Assembly (NCBI RefSeq): GCF_963921235.1
Contig: NC_086097.1
Coordinates: 37,388,001-37,452,000, forward strand
Origin: Mobula hypostoma
Lineage: Eukaryota
Reading direction: 5' to 3'
Length of the DNA: 64,000 nt
This document shows, in pieces, positions 35,996 through 48,695 of this stretch. The position numbers were made by a program, and so were the translations under genes. How positions within the stretch are numbered: the stretch's first letter is position 1; every line of letters begins with the position of its first letter. The notes beneath the pieces are model-generated. The model saw only the letters and a program-made list of their open reading frames with translations. It was not told the origin of the DNA and ran no database searches.

Positions 35996-36924
35996 ATTCT
36001 GGGAAAGCACTAGATCCTTTCTCATAGCACAGCTAGCTTTAAAGTTGCTTTTCTCTGTATGTCTATATAAACTTTACAGACAACTTCACCCACGCACATA
36101 ATGGTGGTAAATGCAGGCTGTCCTTAGCTTCTGAAATTTAGCTCCTATGGTCAGCAGGATATAGTTCACATAACCTTTAATATTTGGCATTCAGTACATA
36201 CATTAGGGCAAATTTCTACTCCAGTGTAATATTCAACATACCTTAGCCTTTCTTGAACAAATTGGGCCTTATTTAATGATCATTTATGTTTTTTCAGCTG
36301 TTATGGAAAACACAGTATTTTTAATATGTGTAAGCATACCTGGAAGCAGCCTGTAAAGGGATAGCCTCTTGATTTAAATTATTAAGCTACAGGCCCTCAG
36401 CAATTAGCCAGGTGTCTGGCATGCTGCCTTTGCAAACAAATGAAGGCCCTAAAGTAGGACAAGCATATTTTCTAAATCAAATCAAGGGATACACAGCCTG
36501 GGAGGACAATAAAATGCACAGAAAGAAAAACATAGGTCAGACACTAGCGTAGTGAAAAGTTTTAACAGTTGCATGAATATAAAGGCATGATGAATTGGCA
36601 TATAATTACCTTGGATGCAAGGTCATTATCTTGGAGGTGCTTTGAGACACCAGTCATAAATTATACAGTTCCATTGTTCAGACTCTCTGGCACCACTGTC
36701 CTGGAGGGCCGCCACTGATGAGTGGTACGGACTGAGCAAAAGCGATGTGTGCCTGGTGTGTAGTTTAGAAAGTCTGGCCAGATGTTTTGGTTACGTGTTT
36801 CTCCGTCCTCTCTCTTCACTTGGAACTCATTTACCAGACCCAATCTCTCCCCACTCCAATCCCCTGGACACCTACCTTCCATGCTCCTTATCCCCTTCCA
36901 CTGCCTGCTTTCCCCTCCTCTCTT

Positions 36925-37137
36925 ATTTATTTTACTTAGAGATACAGCACGGGGAACAGCCCACGCAGCGCCCAATTGCGCCCATCTGACCAATTAACCT
37001 ACCTTTAGAATGCGGGGGGCGGGGGGGAACCGGAGCACCCGGCGGAAACCCATGCGGTCCCGTGTAGGTAACATACAAACTCCCCACGGACAGCGGTGGG
37101 GATTAAATCCGGGTCAAACCACTACGCTATCGTGCCG
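36925..37137 (-). mobile_element. V-SINE
   Basis: gggaaccggagcacccggcggaaacccatgcggtc...acatacaaactcc. Confidence 0.75.
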
Positions 37138-37959
37138 CTCACCCCACCTCCAGCATGCCTTAATACAGGTAACAGGACAGGAGCCCGCTTTCATGGCTTT
37201 GCCTCCAGCCAGATGCACGCAGCTGTTCTGGGTGGGGACAAAGCCTCCTGCCTACAGCCATTCAAAGCTTCCCCTGGAGTCCTGGTAAACTCATAAATCC
37301 CAGGCCTGCCCATAAAAAGGGTGATACGTTGGCATTAATTCATTGAACCTTGTGGGGGGGGGGATATCCTCACTGCTGCAAATCGGCAAATGCTTGCTGC
37401 AGCATACCGTAACGAAAAATCCTTCAAAATAAAGAGCAACAGCATGCTCGCTGTACTGGGCAGAAAATTTCAATAATTGTCGCTAATCTCGTTTATACAA
37501 GAGAACCAACATTAAAATCAGCGTCACCGCTTTTACATTCCACTCGCTTTGATCCCATAAAACAGGAGATCGTTACTTGATAATGTGCCCGATTCCTCAA
37601 CGTGCGGTGACTAATGCAAATTTACATCTTCACCGGGCACTCCCCCAAAGCTGGGTGCATCAAAATCGGGTAGGACACTAGACCGGAGTTAGTTCTACAC
37701 TGGCTAAAACATGCTTCCTGTTCCTACTTGTGGAATTTGAAATCTAGGATCAAACACCAGCTGCTGCCGCAATAAATCTGAGTATAATACTGCCTTTAGG
37801 AAAATAATGAGCATATATTTTTATTGTAGATGTCACTCAGATTATACAACTTTGTTTCAGTTGGGTAATACATAAGATTTAAGTACAGCCTGAGAGCACA
37901 ATTTTTAAAGTAGGCATTAAATGTGTTCCAGAATCTGAAAGCTCAAGGATTGCACTTGA

Positions 37960-40580
37960 ATCCGAGGGGGACCAATATTCTTGCAGCCAGGTTTGCAATA
38001 GCTGTCGGGAGTGGTTTAAACTAATATGGCGGGGGGATGGGAACCAGGATGATAGAGCTGAGGACGAGTCAGCAGGTTTACATGTAGATGCTGGGTGTAA
38101 GGAAGGACAATCCAATGAATGGGTACAAATTCAGACCGAGCAAAGAGTTAAATTGTACCACAGAGGCAAAATTCAAAAGGGTGAAGAATGCAGGACTGAA
38201 GGTGCTGTAGTATTTGGAATAAGGTGGACGAATGTGGCACAATTAGAGATTGGTGGGTATGACGTTGTGGGCATCACTGAGTCATGGCTGAAAGAAGGTC
38301 ACAGTTGGGAGCTTAACATCAAAGGATACACTTTGTATTGAAAGGACAGGCAGGAAGGCATAGGCAGTGGTGTGGCTGTGTTGGTAGGAGATGGAATTAC
38401 ATCTTTAGAGAGTGCTGACGCAGGGTCAGAGAATGCTGAATTTTTGTGGGTAGAATTAAGGATCTGCAAGGGTAAAAAAAATTATGGGAATCATATATAG
38501 GCTTCCAAATAGTAGCCAAGATGTGGGGTTGAGATTGCAAAGGGAGCTGGAAAGGGCATGTAATAAGGGTAATGTCACAATTGTAATGGGGGACTTCAGT
38601 ATGCAAGGGGATTGGGAAAATTAGGTTGGTGTCGGATCGCGAGGGATCGCTTGAGCCTACTCGGAGAAAGGCAATCTTAGCTTGGGTGTTGAGTATAATC
38701 CAGATCTTATTAGGGAACTTAAGGTAAAGGAACCCTAAGGAGACAGTATTCATAATATGATTGAATTCATACTGCAACTTGAGATGGAGAAAAGCACATA
38801 CAAGCATATCTGTATTGCAATGGAATGAAGGGAATTGCAGAGGCATGAGAGAGGTGCTTGCCCAGGTGGATTGGAAGGGGATACTGGCAGGGATGACGGC
38901 AGAGCAGAGATGGCTGAAATTTCAGGGAATAGTTTGAAAGACACAAGGATAGATAAGTCCCACAGAAGAAGTTGCTCTCAAATGCCGGTGCTAGGCAACC
39001 GTGGCTGGCAAGGGAAATTAAGGACTGCATAAAAGCCAAGGAAAGGGCATATAATGTAGCAAAATTGAGTGGGAAGTTGGATGATTAGGAAGTTCTTAAA
39101 ATCCAACAAAAGACAACTAAAAAAGCTATAAAAAAGGAAAAGATGAAATATGAGGGCAAACTAGCCAATGATACAATGCAGGATACTAAAAGTTTTTTTC
39201 AGTTATGTAATGAGTAAAAGGGAGGTGAGAGTTGACATTGGACCACTGGAAAATGATGCTGTTGAGGTAGTAATGGGGGACAAAGAAATGGCAGATGAAC
39301 TTAATAAGTACTTTGCATCAGTCTTCACTGTGGAAGACATTCACAGTGTGGCCATAGGTCTGTGAGTGTCAGAGAGCAGGAATGATTGCCATTGCTATTA
39401 CAAAGGAAAAAGTGCTAGGCAAACTGAAAAATCTTAAGGTGGATAAGTCACCTGGACCAGTCATCCTTGAGTCCTCAGAGAGGTTGTTGAAGAGGTACTA
39501 GATACATTGGTTATGATCTTTCAAGAATCACTTGATTCTGGCATAGTTCTGGAGGACTGGAAAATTGCAAATGTCACTCCACTCTTTAAGAAGGGAGTAA
39601 GACAAAAGAAAGGAAATTATAGGCCAGTTAGCCTAACTTGAGAGGATGGGAAAGTGTTGGAGTCCATTATTATGGATGAGGTTTTGGGGTACTTGAAGAC
39701 TAATGATAAAATAAGTCAAAATCAGCATGGTTTCTGTAAAGGGAAATCTTGCCTGACAAAGTTGTTAAAGTTCTTTGAGGAAGTAACAAGCAGGGTGGAC
39801 AAAGGAGAGGCAGAGGATGTCATTTACTTGGATTTTCAAAAGGCACTTAATAAGGTGCCTCACATGAGGCTGCTTAACAAGATAAAATCCTTTGGTATTA
39901 CAGGAAAGATACTTTCATGGACAGAGGAATGGCTGATAGGCAGGAGGCAGTAAGTGGGAATAAAGGGGGCCTTTCTGGTTGGTTTCCAGGGACTAGTGGT
40001 GTACCTCAGGGGTCAGTATTGAGACCGCTACTTTTCACCTTGTTTATCAATGATCTAGATAATGGAGTTGGTGGCTTTGTGGTGAAGTCTGCGGAGGAGG
40101 GGCAGTAAATGTTGAAGAAGCACTACGATTGCAGCAGGACTTAGACAAGTTGGAAGAATGAGCAAAAAATTGGCAGATGGAATACAGTGTTGGGAAATGT
40201 ATGATAATGCATTTTGGTAAAAGGAACAATAATGCGGACTACTATCTAAATGGGGAGAAGGTTCAAACATCCAGAACTAGAGGGCACAGCCTCAAAACTG
40301 AGGGACAGCCCTTTAGAACAGAGATAAGGAGGAATTTTTTTTAGCCAGAGAGTAGTGAATCTGTTAAATGCTCTGCCTCAGACAGCCATGTAGGCCAAGA
40401 CCGTGGGTATACGTACTTAAAGTGAAAATTGATAGTTTCCCGTTTGGTCAGGACATCAAAGGCTATGACAAGAAGGCAGGTGTATGGGGTTGAGTGGGTT
40501 CCAGGATCAGCCATGATGGAATAGTGGAGCAGACTTGGTGAGCTGAATCGCCTAATTCTGCTCCTATGTCTTAAGTCTTA
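37960..40580 (+). mobile_element. CR1 LINE, ORF1 end to 3' tail, decayed with deletions
   Basis: [47 protein letters not shown]; ctcctatgtctt tail. Confidence 0.92.
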
Positions 40581-40764
40581 TTTCTTAAAACTCTCTTAGT
40601 TCAAAATAAACTGTTTCAATGCCTACTCACAGACGTACTATGTATCATTCAAGCCAAGTTATAAACTAAGATCTTTAAGCTCCATAGCTCCATGCATGGG
40701 AGGCCACCACATGTCCCCAGGAATGTCTCAATGGGAAAAAAAGCAAGAGATGGATTTTAAAAGT

Positions 40765-41060
40765 TCCTTTCTTGACCTCAAAGCATCTTGTCAGCAAATT
40801 AATATTATTGAGACATTGTTATTGTATTGAAGAAATCATTGCATCCAATTATGATACAGCTGGATCCAACAAACACTGATGAGGCAACGTGTGTTAGTGA
40901 TGTTGGTAAGGGATTTGTATTGGTGAGGAGAATTCTCCCTGCTACTCTTCAACATTTCACTATGAAATAGAGGACAGATGGAGGACCATACATTTGTTCA
41001 GTACACCCAAGGTACTACATTGTGTTGTTTGGGTGTGTTCTGTGCTCAGGTTTTTAGAAT
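40765..41060 (-). mobile_element. Ancient DeuSINE (SacSINE1/AmnSINE-like) remnant
   Basis: Colinear degenerate match to my recollection of the DeuSINE consensus: caaagcatc...aaacactgatgag...gtgatgttggtaaggga...attgg...ctccctgctactcttcaa...gacagatggagg...tgtgctcagg. Confidence 0.55.
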
Positions 41061-41159
41061 TATTGTATATAACTGGGGAATTATTTTACCTGAGACAGTG
41101 GAAGTGTATTCATAAATAGCCTTAGAAGATAACTAAGGAGAAAATATTGCAGGGGTATG

Positions 41160-41678
41160 CAGGGGTGCAGCGGTAGCTGGAGCGCACCCAGCACATCTTT
41201 AAGAAAAAAGCCGAAATAAACAAGCTAATTAATTAGGTGCCGCCCGGCACGTAAATGTCGGCCCAGATCAGAGGCGATTGCCGATTTCACTTGCTCTACG
41301 CGATGTTCACTCCTCTTTCCAGGGCGCTGGAGCCTTTAGCTGTTCCATTGTTCGGTCAATTTAAATGCCAGCCCAGACAGGCTGAAAAGACAGGGCTGTC
41401 AGGATTGAAGTGACATGTTGAATCTACACAAACTTGTAATAAAGTATGTGCACTGCCGTGCTTTCTTTGTAATGACAGTTATGTGCTGGTCCCAGGAAAC
41501 TTCTCAGAGAGAGAAATGTTGATCCTTAATGCCGAAGAATTTAAAGTTATTCACCCTCTCCACCTCAATTCCTGTAATGAAAACTGGCTTCTGGGCGGTA
41601 CCTAATTAATTAACTTGTTTATTTCGGCCTTTTTCTTAAGGATGTGCTGGGTGCGCTCCGGCTACTGCTGCACCCCTG
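41160..41678. mobile_element. hAT-type non-autonomous element with 86-bp TIRs and captured internal sequence
   Basis: TIRs 41160-41245 and 41593-41678 (6 mismatches, begin CAGGGG); perfect 8-bp TSD GGGGTATG at 41152-41159 and 41679-41686. Confidence 0.9.
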
Positions 41679-42083
41679 GGGGTATGAGATGAAGCAGAGA
41701 GGTAGGATTATCTTGATTTCTCCTTAAGAACCCATGTAGGCTCAATTAACCATTCGATATTTTTTAGAGCGATAGATTCACACAGGAGGGGTGTGGGACA
41801 GGTGGCAGAGAAGGAGTGCCGGGGCGAGGGGTGGTGCGGGTGTAGACACACACAGCCCCAAGACACCAGCAAGGACATTTAATTCCAAATACTCGGATAT
41901 GTGATCGTTATAGAATATCTCTCTGGTGCTTCCTGCTCCCTCCCCTCTCTCCTCCCCTTCCCCTTCCCATTCTCAGTCCACAATACAGACCCATATCAGA
42001 ATCAAGTCTATCATCACTCAAATATGTCATGAAATTTGTTGTTTTTTGCAGCAGCAGTACAGTGAAGATACATAAAATTGCTA

Positions 42084-42150
42084 CAGTATTTTGCAAAAGT
42101 ATTCAGCACCCTAGCTATATATATGTGTCTAAAACTCTTGCATAGTATTG
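42084..42150. mobile_element. Tiny Tc1/mariner MITE
   Basis: ta-CAGTATTTTGCAAAAGT...AACTCTTGCATAGTATTG-ta; imperfect TIRs with TA on both sides. Confidence 0.6.
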
Positions 42151-42439
42151 TATGTTATTTATAATTATGTACTAAATATGCAGTGAGATAAATGAACAGT
42201 TTACAGTATATCACAACTTATGAAGTGCCATATTGACAGTATTCTTCTAATATTGTTCATGGAAAGATGTGTTTGCAATTAAGATTAATGAAAACAAATT
42301 GCTCATCAGCTTAGTGATGTTCTAATGTATTGGTCAAGACCACTCGTAGTCTGCTGAGGACACTTGAGATTCCAGCTGGTAGATCAGAAAGGTTGGCAAA
42401 CCTGTAATAACAAACTTTCTTAAAAAGACAAATAAATGG

Positions 42440-43190
42440 ACAACACACACAAAATGCTGGAGGAGCTCAGCAGGTCAGGCAACATCTAGAAAATAAATGA
42501 ACAGTCGACATTTCGGGCCGAGACCTTTCAGCAGGACAGTGCTAGTCAGAGGTAATACTTCACCTGTAAATCTGTTGGGGTTGTCTATCGTATCTGGTGC
42601 AGCCTCTTCTACATTGGTGAGTCTCGACGCAAATTGGGGGACCACTTTGTCGAGCACCTCCACTCCACCTGCCAAAAGCAGAATTCCCCGGTGGCCAACC
42701 ATTTTAATTCCTATCTCCATTCCCATTTCAACGTTTCAGGGTGAAGGAGTAATGTCTCATATTCCACCTAGGTAGCCTCCGACCTGAAGGCACGAATGTT
42801 GTTTTCTCTTCCCGGTAATTTTTTTCCTCTCCCCCTTCCCTCTTCTTCTATTCCTCACTTTGGGTCCTTACCTCTTCTCACCTGTCAATCTCCACCCCCT
42901 GGTGCATCTCCTCCTTCCCTTTCTCATGGTCCACACTCTCTCCTATCAGATCCCTGCTTCTCCAGCCCTTTACCTTTCCAGTCATCTGGGTTCACCAATT
43001 TCCTTCTAGCTTGTCCTCCTTCCCCTCCCCCCTCCTTTTTATTCTGGCATCTTCCCCTTTCCTTTCCAGTACTGAAGAAGGGTCTTGTCCTGAAACGTCA
43101 GCTGCTTGTTCATTTCCATAGGTTCTGCCTGACCTGATGAGTCCTGCCAGCACCGTGAGTGTGTGTTGCTCGGGATTTCCACAGTGAAGT
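42440..43190 (+). mobile_element. Penelope-like element, truncated: inverted pLTR + GIY-YIG + pLTR
   Basis: YIGESRRKLGDHFVEHLHS...; hammerhead-like ctgaagaagggtcttgtcctgaaacgtc at ~43072. Confidence 0.8.
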
Positions 43191-43427
43191 CTCAGGATGC
43201 CTACCCATGCCACATGCTACTGAGGTGAGAAATAGAGACAGGCACAGTTCAACATGTGGCTAATGAGCTGGTGCAGGGCGGAGGGTTTCAGGTTTGTGGA
43301 TCATTGGACTCTCTTCGAGGCCAGGTGAGATTTGTACAAAAAGCCAGCTGTATCTAAACTGGAGGGGAACCAGTATCCTTGCTGAGAAACTGGCCTGTGC
43401 TACTTGAGTGGAAAGGGGAGGACAGCA

Positions 43428-44955
43428 TAGAATGTAGAACAGTACAGCAACATACAGACCTTTGACCAATGACATTTTGCCAACCCTTATAAATGTACTC
43501 CACTATCAATCTAGCCCTTGCCTCCAACACAGCCGAAAACTCTCTATTTTTCATAGGTCCACATCCCTATTGTATCAGCCCCCACCACCACTACTCTGAC
43601 ACCCACTACTCTGTATAAAAAAATCCACCTCTGACATCTTCCTGAAACTTTCCTTCATTCACCTTAAACAGATGTCCTCTGATACTGGCCTTTGCTGCCC
43701 TGGTAAAAAACTGCTGGCTGTCCACTTTATATATGCCTCTCATAATCTTATACACATCCGTCAAATTGTCTCTCATCTTCTGTTGCTCCAAAAAGAAAAT
43801 CCCTCATTTGCTCAACTGTTCCTCATAGGACATGTACTCTAATCCAGACAGCATCCTGGCAAAACTCCTTTGCACCCTCTCTAAACTCTCCACCTCATCA
43901 CCATAACAAGGCAACCAGAAATGAACACAATACTGTAAGCATGGTCTGATCAGAGTTTTATATAGCTGCTACATTCCTCGCGGTTCTAGAACTCGACCCC
44001 GTAACTAATGAAGGCCAACGCACCATATGCCTTCTTAACCACTCTATCAACCTGCATGGCATGTTTGAAGATCTATGTACTTAGACCTCAAAGTCCTTAG
44101 CAATGTTCCTCCACATTACTGAGAATCGTACCTTTAACCTTGTACTCCGCCTACAAGTTTGATTTTCCAAAGTGTATCACTTCATACTTTCCTAGATTGA
44201 ACTCTGTCTGCCACTTCTCTGCCCAATTCTGCATTCTACTTAGATCCCACTGTATCCTAAGGCAACCTTCTGCACTACCCACAACATCACCAACCTTCAA
44301 ATTATTTACAGACTCTCTAAACTTTCCACTTGGAGTACGGTGTTCAGTTCTGGTTGCCTTACTACAGGAAGGATGTGGATACCATAGAGAGAGTGCAGAG
44401 GAGATTTACAAGGATGTTGCCTGGATTGGAGAGTGTGCCTTATGAGAATAGGTTGAGTGAACTTGGGCCTTTCTCCTTGGAGCGACAGAGAATGAGAGGT
44501 GACCTGATAGAGGTGTATAAGATGATGAAGGGCATTGATCATGTGGATAGCCAGAGGCCCTTTCCCAGGGCTGAAATGGCTAATACAAGGGGGCATAGTT
44601 TTAAAGTGCGAGGAGATGTCAGGCGTAACTTTTTCACACAGAGAGTGGCGGGTGTGTGGAATGCACTGCCAGCAGCGGTGGTGAAAAAGGATACAATAGG
44701 GTCTTTGAAGAGCCTCTTAGATAGGTACATGGAGCTTAGAAAAATAGAGGGCTATGCGCTAGGGAAATTCTAGGCGGTCTCTAGCGTAGGTTACATGGTC
44801 AGCACAACATTGTGGGCTGAAGGGCCTGTAATGTGCTGTAAATTTCCATGTTGTATATTCTTTGTTAACTTACCCACCCTTCCTCTTCCTTATCCAAGTC
44901 ATTTGTAAAAGTCACAGACGGCAAGGGTCCCAGAACAGATCCCTGTGGAACATTA
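43428..44955 (-). mobile_element. Older CR1 fragment split by an opposite-strand CR1
   Basis: MRDNLTDVYKIMRGIYKVDSQQFF; resumes at 44866 ([10 protein letters not shown]). Confidence 0.85.
44326..44862 (+). mobile_element. Younger CR1 3' fragment
   Basis: 147-aa ORF EYGVQFWLPYYRKDVDTIERVQRRFTRMLPG. Confidence 0.9.
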
Positions 44956-46727
44956 CTATAGCTGGAAAGCAAAGAAGAATAGTATTTCATTAGTGGCAAG
45001 AAGCAAATAAGTACAGTTCTAAGAGATTTAGATGCCCTGATACACCAAGCACAGGAAGTTAGTATGTAAATATTCGGCAGGCAAGAGGTTAGGAAAGAAA
45101 ATGGTATGCTGGCTTTTATTGCAAGCAGGTCTTTCTGCAAAGCTTATTGGCCTTTTGTGAAAATAAACCTGGAATACTGTGTGCAATGTTGGTTTCAATA
45201 GCAGTGTAAAGTCCTAAGGTGAAAAAACTGCACGCCATTAATAAGGATTGTAAATTTAATTCAGTGATAATTTGGTTAACCACTACACACTATTAGTACT
45301 GTTCAATGTAGAGTCTTTTTCAGTAGAAATCACTGCAGGGGTTGAGGGGGTTAAAAATGACCAGGTTTCTATTTAGTATCCATACTTTCTTTGGAGATAA
45401 GGCATTACCAAGTAGTCTGAATTGTTCTCTGGATGCCTTGTTCTACCACCACAATCTCCAAGTTATCACTCCAGGAGTGAGCTGCCCGCTCACATATCCG
45501 TGCCAGCACTCTAAGTCATTGTAAGAATTCATCTGAAACTGTTGTCACAAATAATAAAATAAAATAGCTAAAATAACTGGGTCCAGAACACATGCATTCT
45601 TACAGCTCAAGCATTCCTTTTATTTTACTTGTGCTTAAGGACAAAAGCATGGACCCCTGTCGCCCACACAGTTCAAGAGCCAGGACAGAAAACTTGTTAT
45701 TTTTGTACAGAATTGTCTTATCAGTCATAGATATTGTCCACTTCTTCAATTGTATATGTTGAATTTATTGTTTGCAGGATCAATTGCCATTCACAATAGA
45801 GGTTTTGAAGTCGATCAAAATTCAAGCAGACAGCTGATGATATTTTAAATTAAGTTAAGACAATTGTTCCATAGTCGTTGGGTATATTTCACATTCTTCC
45901 AATATTCTTATCTCTTATGTCTCTGGCACCCCTACTGTGTAAATGGACACCATGTTTTGAGAACAACTTTCTGAATAAGTCTGACTACAGAGGTCTGGCT
46001 TGTCTGCCTTGAACAGACACTGCTGCAGTCACCCCAGCCTATCTGTCTGCAGTAAGCAGAGGTGTCTCCAGTGATCTCACTTCAAAGGTGTCACTTGACT
46101 ACAACTGCCCCAGGCTATCTTAGTCTTTAACCTTTGCCTTACCACTACTTCCACAAAACTGTGGTTAATCATTGATTCTTTGAGAGCTCCAGACATGACA
46201 TCACACAATACATGTTTATTTACAGTTTGAACATGCTCTGAACTTGAGTGGTTGGTGTGTGCAACTGTTGAAAAGGTTGCAAATCATTCATTTTACTTAA
46301 TAAATTTATAGCCTGTGGAGTTGAAATCATCCTCTGACATGCTATGTGTCTTCATGTAACACTGTCTCAGTTTTCACAGTCAAGGTGTATACTTCGTTTA
46401 TCTCTAGCGCCCATTCCTCTTATTCCTCTATGCCTGCTCCTCACTTTCTCTTCTGCAGTAGGACTTGATTCATCAGTAGTATGATTAGAGGTATAAGATC
46501 CACTAACTAGACAGTCTCATCTCATCCTTAATGACCAGTAACCCAGTTCTTACCAAATTTTGCCAAGGTGTGTAATTTAATTTTCTTATTCAATATATTG
46601 CTTTGCCTATGGTGTTGAATAATTTTCTTGCATTAGTAATTATTAATGGTATCTTTTGGTTTTCAGACACATTAGCATCACAATTTTAGTGTTCTTTAAA
46701 AATTGCATAAGCCTAAAACTGCAATTT

Positions 46728-46845
46728 GGACCCTGAAACGTCTCCTGTACTCTTTTCCTAGATGCTGCCTGGGCTGCTGAGTTCCTCCAGCATTTTGTGT
46801 GTGTGTTGCTCGGATTTCCAGCATCTGCAGATTTTCTCTTGTCTG
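46728..46845 (+). mobile_element. Penelope pLTR half
   Basis: ccctgaaacgtc...gatgctgcctgggctgctgagttcctccagcattttgtgtg. Confidence 0.7.
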
Positions 46846-47629
46846 TGAGTTGGATATAGAGAACTGTTCTAAATTGATAGGAGATGACTCTCCAGAATCC
46901 CCACAAGAGAGATTTTGGGACCTGTTGGATTTAGTGTTACAATCCAGTAGAATTCACAACCAGAACAGACAATCCAAATTCCAAAGTGCCCAAGTAACAC
47001 TTGACTTGCTGGATTTAAGTTGTTAATACAGACGTTACCACATGCACTCTCTGAACTTACTATACAATACTCTAAGGATTTTACAGCCGTGCCCATTTTA
47101 TCTTTGGTGGAAATTCTACTTTTGCACATACGTGAGGTTCCTGCCAAAATGGAAGCAGGAGACATGAAGGAATTATTAAAATTCACCGTGGCACGCATAG
47201 ATCCTCATATATCTATTACTTTGTACATTCAGCACCACCTTCTGGTTGTAATAATTATAAAGCAGCTGAACAGCATGAGCCGCAAGCGGTAGTTGCAATA
47301 TAAATGGATCAAGTTGTCTGACTTGACTGTTATTGTTCCTGCTCTCACTGCATTTACCCCTTTGCTACCTTACACTGAAGTCAGTGATCTATACTGAGTA
47401 GCCCACGCTGCATCAGTTCTGTAAATACATCTCATAATTAATCAGAATCAGGTTTATTAATTTTTACAGGGTGTTCAATTACTTTGTTGTAAAAATTGCA
47501 CATGCTGTTTATTTTAAACCATCCCTGTTCTATTCCATGCAACACATCTGTTACAAAGGATTCTTTATGTTTTTATTCTTTCTGATATGTCAATGCATAG
47601 CTTCGTTGCATTTTTCATTACAATACCCT

Positions 47630-47956
47630 TCTTTGTGTGGTGCGTGGCAAGGTGGAGATACATCTCTACCAAAGGAGGTGTAAGGCACTTCTTCTGTGTG
47701 CTAGCCTGCAGGTCAGTCTTGGGCAAGGTGTAGCACCTGCTTAACCCCCTTATCAGTGGCATTGTCGTATGAGCAGCCACTGGTTATGCGATCACTGACA
47801 CCAGGCAGATAACCTCTGAAGAGTATTGATTATGGCTTGGGTACACCGTCTTGCAAAGACCACTGTCCAGAAGAAGGCAATGGTAAACAACTTCCGTAGA
47901 AAAAAATTGCCAAAACAATCATGGTCAAGTCCATGATCGCACTCATCATGATGATG
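47630..47956 (+). mobile_element. RTE-related SINE-like element with (ATG)n tail
   Basis: agaaggcaatggtaaacaacttc resembles the BovB/RTE motif GAAGGCAATGGCAAACCACTCC; ends catgatgatg. Confidence 0.55.
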
Positions 47957-48399
47957 GCATCTCTTCTGTACACAATTTCAGGTTAGGCTGGATGTTTATA
48001 GAGATGGGCTGTAACCTAATGAGTAAAAGGGAAGGAGGGAAAAACAGGAGCCAGCTCTTAGTCCATAGACTTAATTTTGGCAGTGTGCGTGGAAGAGGCA
48101 GGAAGAGCGTTTTAAGTAAAGACATTTTTTGCAGCATTCTCTGTTTTTTAACTTCGGATTTTGAGCATCTGTAGTTTTTGTTTTAATTATCAGGGTTTTT
48201 GGAAAATTTCTGCTTAATGGAAAAAGGAAGCTGGGAAATAAGATTATCCTGGAGTAATTCTGGCAGGGGAGAGCATGATGCTTCCGTACTAGCTCTGGTA
48301 AAGCCAGATGTACATGACATCCATTCAAATCTGGATACCTTCATCCTAAAGGGGCAAAACCCAGGTCCACAACACGGGGATTGACCCTGGTAAAACTGA

Positions 48400-48695
48400 G
48401 TAAGGGATCAAAACATATATGAGATTGCAAGGGGTCTTGACAGAGTGGATGTGCAGAAAACATTTCCACTTGTTGGAGCTCCAGCTTCCTGGCAAGATGC
48501 ACGGGTTCTGCTGATCGGCATCTTTTGGTTGACCGCTGTAAATTGCCCTGATGTAGGTAAAGTGGTTGAATCTAAGGGAAATTGATGGGTATGTGAGTAA
48601 AATAAAATGGAGTTGGCGTAGGATTAGTGTAAACGGTTGCTTGACAGCCAGTGTTGACTTAGTGAGCGGATAGACCCACTTCTGTACCGTATGGT
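48400..48695 (+). mobile_element. CR1 fragment plus V-SINE 3' part
   Basis: aaacatatatgagattgcaaggggtcttgacag...; gtaaattgccctgatgtagg...cttctgtaccgtat. Confidence 0.55.

Noticed and set aside
36713..36745. Hammerhead candidate starting ctgatgag
   Set aside because: No stem II followed by GAAA and no stem I pairing.
38634..38660. 7SL/Alu-like 'gggatcgcttgagcc'
   Set aside because: It lies at a deletion junction inside the CR1 APE region, with a short ggatcgc duplication; no other 7SL features.
46860..47292. Protein-like ORFs (KLIGDDSPESPQERFWDLL..; LIQTLPHALSELT..)
   Set aside because: Two different frames with stops, no convincing splice sites and no recognisable domain.
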